Assembly (NCBI GenBank): GCA_025839675.1
Contig: CP104013.1
Span: 1,470,001 to 1,502,000 of the forward strand
DNA: 32,000 nucleotides
Origin: Candidatus Lokiarchaeum ossiferum
GTDB taxonomy: Archaea; Asgardarchaeota; Lokiarchaeia; Sigyniarchaeales; Promethearchaeaceae
Reading direction: 5' to 3'
Shown here: positions 25,860-32,000 of the stretch, in pieces
How the letters are laid out: each line of letters opens with the position of its first letter
Numbering within the stretch: position 1 is the first letter of the stretch
Translations under genes and position numbers: made by a program
Notes under the pieces: generated by a model
Databases searched by the model: none
What the model was told of the DNA's origin: nothing
What the model saw: the letters and a program-made list of their open reading frames with translations, nothing else

Positions 25860-26594
25860 TTAGGACAGTTCTTTTCCTAATTTTTTGGCCAAAAATTCAA
25901 AGTATTCCCTTCCCTTCTTAGTGATACCAGTCCCAGGGAACGCACCCCATTGATCATATTCATTGTAACCATCTTTTATTAAAACCTCAAGAAATTCAGA
26001 TGTTTGTTTAAATGAAAGATGTTCCATATCACCCAGAAAATCTTCTGCGACTAACTCTCGCAAATAAGGCACACCAGTTCTTCTGATCACGCCAATTTGA
26101 AATTTGAGAAACCGATAGATTAAATCTTCTGTGATATTCAATTCTTTTAAAATGGGATGTTGGGAGAGATCTTGGGTTTTTCCCCAAACATGCATTTGAG
26201 GGGGCTTTTGTACATATTTTTCTTTAGATTCCGAAGAATCACGGGATTTTGTGGGAGAAGATTTTGAATCAGTAAATATATTCAACATTGAAGGATCAAA
26301 TTCTTCTGCCAAGATTTTTAAAACACTTTCCCCTTTTTTTGTAATTCTGGTTCCAGGAAAAGCTCCATGTTGATCATAATCCAAAATATTGTTATCTTGG
26401 AGCAAATTAAGGTATTTTTCAGCACCTTCATAATTAAAACCTATTGTTGCAGAATCTGTTAAAAAATCGATCGTAGCAAATTCTCGTGCATAGGGCATGC
26501 CAGTTCTTTTAACAACTCCATAATGGAATTTTAGAAATTCAAAGGTTTTTTTTTTATAATCATCGCTTAAATCGTCGACAAATTTTTGGGACAC
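25860..26594 (-). CDS. Hypothetical protein made of two homologous ~85-aa winged-helix-like modules joined by a Ser-rich linker
   Basis: Internal duplication: FEFLKFHYGVVKRTGMPYAREF..DFL.D...YDQHGAFPGTRITKKGESVLKILAEEF versus YRFLKFQIGVIRRTGVPYLREL..DFLGD...YDQWGAFPGTGITKKGREYFEFLAKKL. GTG start, 23 nt after the upstream gene's stop. Confidence 0.65.
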   Translation of the reverse strand: MSQKFVDDLSDDYKKKTFEFLKFHYGVVKRTGMPYAREFATIDFLTDSATIGFNYEGAEKYLNLLQDNNILDYDQHGAFPGTRITKKGESVLKILAEEFDPSMLNIFTDSKSSPTKSRDSSESKEKYVQKPPQMHVWGKTQDLSQHPILKELNITEDLIYRFLKFQIGVIRRTGVPYLRELVAEDFLGDMEHLSFKQTSEFLEVLIKDGYNEYDQWGAFPGTGITKKGREYFEFLAKKLGKELS

Positions 26595-26617
26595 AAATAT
26601 TATAAATGAAAATTTCC

Positions 26618-28291
26618 CTAAAACGATTGTACTTTTGAAAGTATTTCGACTAATGCGCGCAATTCTGAGAAATCATCATCAGTTAAAATAGTAGAAAACT
26701 TACTTTGCATTAAAATCAAATTAGATTTGAATGAATTTGGATATATTTGAATAAATAATGAAGCAAAATCTACAAATTTAAATTCAATTTGATCCGTCAT
26801 GCCAACTAATTTGGTCTTCACTTCATCTCTTAATTCTTTTTGATCTAGAACATGAGATAAAACACAAATTAAAACAAGAATATAACCCTTCATGTTAAAA
26901 GCTGCAATTTTATCAAAGTTATGAAATATCTGCAAATAAAAGGATAGTATTTCCCTGAAATTGTCATCTAATTCCTTTTTACTGAGTAAATTGAGTTTGT
27001 GCATATAATTAAGTTTTTCAAGCGAGAGAGAAGCGGCGGAAAAGTAATTTTGGTCAGATTGATCAACTTCTATCTGCATTTCAAGAACTTTAAGTAAGAG
27101 ATGCAATAAATCGTTGCATTTAAACTTACCAATTTCACACATTTGGTAAGCTGCGATATAATTAATAATGGAGCTTTTTGAATTTCCCGCTTTATAATAA
27201 AATTTTCCCGCTTTTTGAAATAATTCTTGCGCTTTCCTATAATTTTTTAAATATTCAAACATTCGAGCAGCATCTTCATAATTAGTGGCGGCGGAAAGAT
27301 TTTTTTTTGCTTTGTGATAGTAATTTCCAGCAATGAAAAAACAACTAGCGCTATCAAGATAATTATTTAAAGTCTCTCTATAACATAGACCGGCACCTCG
27401 ATAATAAGAACCAATTTGATTCTTGCTAATATTACCTTTAATGCCAGATTTTGCTAAATTAATATATACGCCAGCTTCTTTTCTGGAATATTGCTGAAAA
27501 TGAGGAAAATCATTCAATTTTTTATATAAGGTTTTAATTATCTGGTATAATTGAGAAAGATGCAAATTTTGGGATTGTACTTCATGAAATTCTGCAACAT
27601 CAATAAAATAACTTATTGCTTCCAGTAAAATTTCATGAGATTTTGAAACTCCATGGAGTTTTTCATAAGCATCAGCTATGGTGTGATAAGCATTTGAAAT
27701 GATGGAATAATCAGAAATGAGTTTCCCAACCTCAATAGCAGATTGTGCTGAGATAACAACATTTGACCAATCCTTTAACTGAGTAAAAAGAATTGAAAGA
27801 GTCAGATATCTACCGCATAAGTCTCGAGGGGAGCCAACATTTTGTAGGATTATGATTTGATTCGAAATCAAACCAATCGCTTTTCGTATATAATTTTCTT
27901 CATTATTCCTATCTTTTAGCTTATTTCGATAGATATTCGCAATTTTTAAAGCAACATTAGCAGCTTCTTTAACTCCACCTTTAATAACTACTTGGTGAAA
28001 ATAATTATCATAAAACTTTATGCTCTTAATATAAATTTTACGGGCATTTTTTACATAAAACTCCTCTAAATAATATGCAGCACTATATAAACGACCAGCT
28101 GCTTCATAATAATCTCCATCTTGAGCAATATCATTTGATGAAGAGATAAGATAGGCCATTAGATCATATAGTTTTATATCCCGTTCAGATTTGGATTCTG
28201 ATTGCTGTATCTCATCAAGAGCAAGCTTAGTATAAGTAATAAATTCATCTTGGTTATTATATTGATGCTCTTCTTTCATGATATTCAGCAT
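26618..28291 (-). CDS. Large all-helical TPR-like/helical-repeat protein (557 aa), first gene of a two-gene operon
   Basis: Repeated A/Y/F-rich helical hairpins, for example YYEAAGRLYSAAYYLEE, AANVALKIANIY, SNAYHTIADAYEKL and SAATNYEDAARMFEYLKNYRKAQELFQKAGKFYYKAG. No catalytic motif. Confidence 0.6.
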   Translation of the reverse strand: MLNIMKEEHQYNNQDEFITYTKLALDEIQQSESKSERDIKLYDLMAYLISSSNDIAQDGDYYEAAGRLYSAAYYLEEFYVKNARKIYIKSIKFYDNYFHQVVIKGGVKEAANVALKIANIYRNKLKDRNNEENYIRKAIGLISNQIIILQNVGSPRDLCGRYLTLSILFTQLKDWSNVVISAQSAIEVGKLISDYSIISNAYHTIADAYEKLHGVSKSHEILLEAISYFIDVAEFHEVQSQNLHLSQLYQIIKTLYKKLNDFPHFQQYSRKEAGVYINLAKSGIKGNISKNQIGSYYRGAGLCYRETLNNYLDSASCFFIAGNYYHKAKKNLSAATNYEDAARMFEYLKNYRKAQELFQKAGKFYYKAGNSKSSIINYIAAYQMCEIGKFKCNDLLHLLLKVLEMQIEVDQSDQNYFSAASLSLEKLNYMHKLNLLSKKELDDNFREILSFYLQIFHNFDKIAAFNMKGYILVLICVLSHVLDQKELRDEVKTKLVGMTDQIEFKFVDFASLFIQIYPNSFKSNLILMQSKFSTILTDDDFSELRALVEILSKVQSF

Positions 28292-28478
28292 TTTATTTTT
28301 ACATCTACAAATTTAAAAAAAAATCTTACTTATGGCAATGCAATGTTTTTGAAAAAGCTTATGGGATTGATAAAAAAAAATGAACTTAATTTTTATAGTA
28401 TTTTTCTTAGGGAAAAAGTTTTTAACTTCATTTTTTTATTCTACTACTTAGTAGATACTAAAATTAGGTGAAATTAAA

Positions 28479-28688
28479 ATGCAATCTTTACAAGAAATAT
28501 CAACTACGGGTACATTAAAGACCTATCGTGTTAATACTACACGTAATGTGGCAGATTTATTGAAAGAGTTAAAATTGGAATCAAAGTTCTTCGCAATTTT
28601 AGCGGATGGTAAAAAAGTAGATTTAGACGATAAGATCGAAGAAGGATCTGAAATTACAATCCTCCCAAAAATTGCTGGCGGATATTAA
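28479..28688 (+). CDS. ThiS/MoaD-like beta-grasp (ubiquitin-fold) small protein ending ...AGG-Y
   Basis: 69 aa. C-terminal ILADGKKVDLDDKIEEGSEITILPKIAGGY matches the ThiS/MoaD pattern (N/DG..v......l.dGdei.i.p.v.GG) plus one extra Tyr. SD AGGTGA lies 8 nt upstream of the ATG. Confidence 0.7.
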   Translation: MQSLQEISTTGTLKTYRVNTTRNVADLLKELKLESKFFAILADGKKVDLDDKIEEGSEITILPKIAGGY

Positions 28689-28830
28689 AAGCTATTTAGA
28701 AGAAGAATATTTTTTTTTCACATTTTCATTTAATCGAATTCATTTACTACTCAGATTTTGCAATAAAATAAGATTTAATTTTGTAATTATAGCAACAATG
28801 AGAATTTGGATTTTTTAAAAATAGTGAGAA

Positions 28831-29793
28831 CTAATCCAATTCAAATTCGTCAACTAATTTGGCCATGCAATCTGGACATAATCCATGTGAAAATCGCAAA
28901 TCATTATGCACCAATAGATAATCTTCGACTTGATTCCAATAACCATCATCACTGCGCACTTTTTTACATGTTGAACAAATCGGTAGAATATTGCGCAAAG
29001 TGTTGATCTCATTTTGCGCATTCTGTAATTGATTGACAAGGATTTTTTTCTTCGGTGGCAATAAATACAGTTTAAAGGGTGTTTCTACTGCAGTAAATTC
29101 GAATTTTTTCGTTGGAAAAAAGGTTAAGAATATAAATATATTGAGTCCAAATCCGATTCCAAAAATGGATTTTGCAACAATACCATTTAATACAGAAAAA
29201 AATTCGCCAGCAAATAAGATGTTTATTCCAATTGGATATAATATTCCATCCAAAATTAAGATAATAATATAGATTGAGGTGATAACAAGATTACTAAGAA
29301 TTTTCTTTTGAATTAGAGGGATCACTTTTTTAAATAAAAATAAAAGAAGAAAAATCTCGCTAGAAAATAATATAAATGAAAATATCATAGAGATATAAGA
29401 AAATTCAAGAAATTCTAATGGAACGTCTAAAATATTAATTACAATTTCAGTAGAAATGATGAATTTTATGAAATAGAACAGTAATACAAGAAACAGACTA
29501 AGAATAAAGAAAGTGTAAATTAAATTACGAACAATTTTTGGTTCAGGTTGAGTAAGAAACAAGAAAACTGCGGTAAATAGTAAAGCACTATAAGAAATAT
29601 CTCCTCCGTTCAAAGAAAAGTGAGAGCTTATTTGAATATTATACAATGTATTAAAAAGTTGGGTTAAACAGAAAAGAACCCCAAGAGTAACATAATAAAG
29701 AGTTATTTGGATTTCTTTTGAGAATATTAGAGCAAGAAATGCGGGAATACTATAGATTAGAAAGAGAATAAGAATTATGAAAATCACATGCAT
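28831..29793 (-). CDS. Seven-TM sensor-like membrane protein with a coiled signalling helix and a C-terminal CxxC...H...CxxC zinc-ribbon-like module
   Basis: 7 hydrophobic helices in aa 1-235, then LVNQLQNAQNEINTLRNI, then LPICSTCKKVRSDDGYWNQVEDYLLVHNDLRFSHGLCPDCMAKL (nt 28834-28989). Confidence 0.7.
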   Translation of the reverse strand: MHVIFIILILFLIYSIPAFLALIFSKEIQITLYYVTLGVLFCLTQLFNTLYNIQISSHFSLNGGDISYSALLFTAVFLFLTQPEPKIVRNLIYTFFILSLFLVLLFYFIKFIISTEIVINILDVPLEFLEFSYISMIFSFILFSSEIFLLLFLFKKVIPLIQKKILSNLVITSIYIIILILDGILYPIGINILFAGEFFSVLNGIVAKSIFGIGFGLNIFIFLTFFPTKKFEFTAVETPFKLYLLPPKKKILVNQLQNAQNEINTLRNILPICSTCKKVRSDDGYWNQVEDYLLVHNDLRFSHGLCPDCMAKLVDEFELD

Positions 29794-29889
29794 TTTTAAT
29801 ACAAAAAAGAATCAAAGCAATTGATGGTATAAACTTTTGTATAGCAAAAAAATTTTGAAGTGAAAATGCGCTTATTAATATGAAAAGAA

Positions 29890-30909
29890 CTATTTCTTTG
29901 GTTTTATTTCTATATTCATCAAATCCACAGCTGCAGTTGTATCTTGAAAGAATCTTCTAGCTTCTTCTTCAAGGATCATAACATCGCGATAACGCCCCGA
30001 AAAATGAACTAAAAATAAATGACCCACATTAGCATCCCGAGCAACTGTTGCAGCCATTTTCGTTGACATATGAAGTTTTTCAATGGCCAATTTTTCATCT
30101 TCAATGATATAGGTAGATTCGCAAATGAAATAATCTGCATTTTTAGCAAGAGTCACCAAATTGGGACACATCATTGTATCACCACTATATGCCACGATAT
30201 ATCCAGGTCGTTTTTCAGTGACGATACCTTCCAAAATAGGATTGATTTCAGTGTCTCCATTAATTTTGATCGTTTCACCTTTTTGCATTCGCTTCCATAG
30301 AATCCCAGGTCGAATATTTAATTCTTTGGCCCGTTCAGGATTAAATTTTCCATCATGTGGCTTTTCTTCATACCTATATCCCAATGTAGGCATACTATGT
30401 TTCATCCAATACGTTTTAATTACATATGCATCTGCAATTTTAATGATTTTTCCTGAAATTTGGACAAAGGCTCGCTCATATGCAGATGTTAAGAAATTCC
30501 GGTATTGAATAGTGTCCATCCCCCCTTTAGGTGTATCATCTTTTGGAAACTGAACTTCTATTAGCGAAAGAGAATAAGATTGCGCTTTTAGACCGATTAA
30601 TTGAAAATGAAATAGTAAATAAGCTGCAAGGCCTTGCGGTCCAATGATGGTCAAAGGAGCAGTTCGACCATTAAGATGAAAATTAAATAATAACCCAGGC
30701 AATCCAATAACATGATCACCATGCAGATGGGAGATCAAAATAGTTGTGGGTACATTAAATTTTAATTTTGCGGCTTCAAACCGTCTTTGAACATCTTCTC
30801 CAGCATCAAATAAGATTATTTCACCACTGTCAAGTCTCATTGCTATAGCAGGTAGATTTCGATCCATCGTGGGAGTCGCCCCGCTGGTTCCAAGAAATTT
30901 TAATTCCAT
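29890..30909 (-). CDS. rnz: Ribonuclease Z (tRNA 3'-processing endonuclease, MBL fold)
   Basis: MELKFLGTSGATPT...NLPAIA, HxHxDH motif ISHLHGDHVIGLPGLL, a distal HMS, and C-terminal LVHFSGRY. Confidence 0.85.
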   Translation of the reverse strand: MELKFLGTSGATPTMDRNLPAIAMRLDSGEIILFDAGEDVQRRFEAAKLKFNVPTTILISHLHGDHVIGLPGLLFNFHLNGRTAPLTIIGPQGLAAYLLFHFQLIGLKAQSYSLSLIEVQFPKDDTPKGGMDTIQYRNFLTSAYERAFVQISGKIIKIADAYVIKTYWMKHSMPTLGYRYEEKPHDGKFNPERAKELNIRPGILWKRMQKGETIKINGDTEINPILEGIVTEKRPGYIVAYSGDTMMCPNLVTLAKNADYFICESTYIIEDEKLAIEKLHMSTKMAATVARDANVGHLFLVHFSGRYRDVMILEEEARRFFQDTTAAVDLMNIEIKPKK

Positions 30910-30984
30910 GTCGATTCAATTATTATTTATTTGAAGGGATATTAGAAGGTTTATTTTTTTTACAATTCGAGCTTATCAATATTT

Positions 30985-31953
30985 ATGATCTACTGTATTT
31001 TACTAAATCCTTCAATTGATAAGATTATAGAAATTCAAAACTTTAAATTAGGAGGAACCTATCAATTACCCAACCCACAAGTGTTTCCAGTAGGTAAGGC
31101 AATAAGTGTTGCACTAACTTTGAAGGAATTGCATATATCGACACATATAGTAGCTCTAATAGGTCAGCTTGATATAAAATTATATAAAAATTTCTTGGAA
31201 TCAAAAGAGATAAATCACACTTTGATTGCAGTTGAAGGTAAAACGAGAACTAATATGACATTAATCGATTCAATCAACGATGCTTCAACGCATTTACGAT
31301 TTTCTGGATTTGATGTCACTGCTAAAAATCTTTCAGAAATCAATTCGTTTCTTCGAATCATGATACAAAAAAATGATATTGTAGTTTTCAGCGGATCATT
31401 ACCCCCTGGCACACCTTCTGAATATTTTTTAGAACCAAGTGAAATTATTCGAAATAAAAATGCAAAATTGATTATTGACTCCAGCGGTGAACGATTGAAA
31501 TTAATGAAAATGTACAACCCATATATCATCAAGGCAAATTTACAAGAGATGGCCATTATTGTTAATAAAAAACTATGTACCAAAGAGGATTTTGACCATC
31601 AACCAACCGAAGAGGAATTATACACTTTACTTGATTTATGTTCCGAATTAAACGAGTACAAATCAAAATTCAATGTCCTAACATTAGGAAAATATGGGGC
31701 TCTAATTTTTAATAGAAAAGAAGCATATTACGGAAAAGTAACCTTAGAAAAATCCGCATATACCATTGGATGCGGAGATGCATTTTTAGGAGGACTAATC
31801 TCTGGTTTGATCAATAAATATGAAATGAAAGCAATCTTAAGAATTGCAACGATTTGTGGAGCTGCGAATACTTTGCAGATTGGTCCAGGATGCATTAATC
31901 AAACGGACATCACTAACTTAGAAAGTAAATGTCAAATTCAAAAACTTAGGTAG
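30985..31953 (+). CDS. pfkB: PfkB-family sugar-phosphate kinase of the 1-phosphofructokinase/tagatose-6-P kinase/PFK-2 subgroup
   Basis: N-terminal ILLNPSIDKI...VFPVGKAISVA (compare with NP(A/S)xD...GGKG(I)NVA), the lid region, IIKANLQEM, and the anion-hole motif GCGDAFLGGLI. Confidence 0.8.
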   Translation: MIYCILLNPSIDKIIEIQNFKLGGTYQLPNPQVFPVGKAISVALTLKELHISTHIVALIGQLDIKLYKNFLESKEINHTLIAVEGKTRTNMTLIDSINDASTHLRFSGFDVTAKNLSEINSFLRIMIQKNDIVVFSGSLPPGTPSEYFLEPSEIIRNKNAKLIIDSSGERLKLMKMYNPYIIKANLQEMAIIVNKKLCTKEDFDHQPTEEELYTLLDLCSELNEYKSKFNVLTLGKYGALIFNRKEAYYGKVTLEKSAYTIGCGDAFLGGLISGLINKYEMKAILRIATICGAANTLQIGPGCINQTDITNLESKCQIQKLR

Positions 31954-32000
31954 ACGCAAAAGAAATTTTCAATTTGGAAGTAAAGAAACTAATAGGGAAG

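Noticed and set aside
26618-28291. Calling the 557-aa helical-repeat protein a SNAP or a PCI-domain (proteasome lid/CSN-like) subunit.
   Set aside because: There is only a loose resemblance in repeat composition. No PCI winged-helix signature is visible at the C-terminus, and the length differs from SNAPs. It is kept as generic TPR-like.
28806-29272. Plus- and minus-strand ORFs 28806..29006, 28854..29039 and 29033..29272.
   Set aside because: They overlap the 7TM/zinc-ribbon gene, whose C-terminal Cys motif and TM architecture are coherent. The alternatives are low-complexity.
1-32000. A search for mobile elements, prophage or defence islands, toxin-antitoxin pairs, and tRNA or rRNA genes.
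   Set aside because: No integrase, transposase or recombinase motifs were seen. There are no terminal inverted repeats, no GC-rich cloverleaf-sized islands and no small paired ORFs typical of TA modules. I cannot exclude novel defence genes among the hypothetical proteins without searches.

Overview
Visibly AT-rich (not computed), densely coding 32-kb chromosomal segment with 27 supportable CDS. I found no rRNA or tRNA (no GC-rich islands), no CRISPR array and no transposase or integrase. By inference only, the host looks like an AT-rich archaeon, possibly Asgard/Loki-like. The reasons are oligo-T tracts without hairpins after genes, TATA-like boxes about 17-30 nt upstream of first-gene start codons, Shine-Dalgarno sites mainly on internal operon genes, and many TPR, longin-like, HEAT and coiled-coil orphan proteins. 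Recognisable housekeeping and metabolic genes are a 5'-truncated acyl-CoA dehydrogenase, nitroreductase, dihydrolipoyl dehydrogenase, SAM methyltransferase, MBL hydrolase, tandem-VOC protein, an ECF transporter (S-A-T), a DsrE-like protein, a NahK-like sugar kinase, RNase Z and a PfkB/FruK-family kinase. The centrepiece is a tight hydC-hydB-hydA operon (NuoE-like, NuoF-like, [FeFe]-hydrogenase with all three H-cluster motifs). It is translationally coupled to an orphan, atypical receiver-domain gene and preceded by an unusually long (~530 bp) intergenic region containing direct repeats. Other items worth a second look: a 1260-aa polytopic membrane protein with a ~650-aa coiled-coil tail; a TPR protein fused to a longin/roadblock-like domain; a ThiS/MoaD-like ubiquitin-fold protein ending GG-Y; a 7-TM protein with a C-terminal CxxC...CxxC zinc-ribbon module; an internally duplicated winged-helix-like protein in an operon with a large helical-repeat protein; and GATCAT-N3-ATGATC palindromes upstream of the ECF transporter. 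All functional calls rest on motif recognition by eye. No database search was run.
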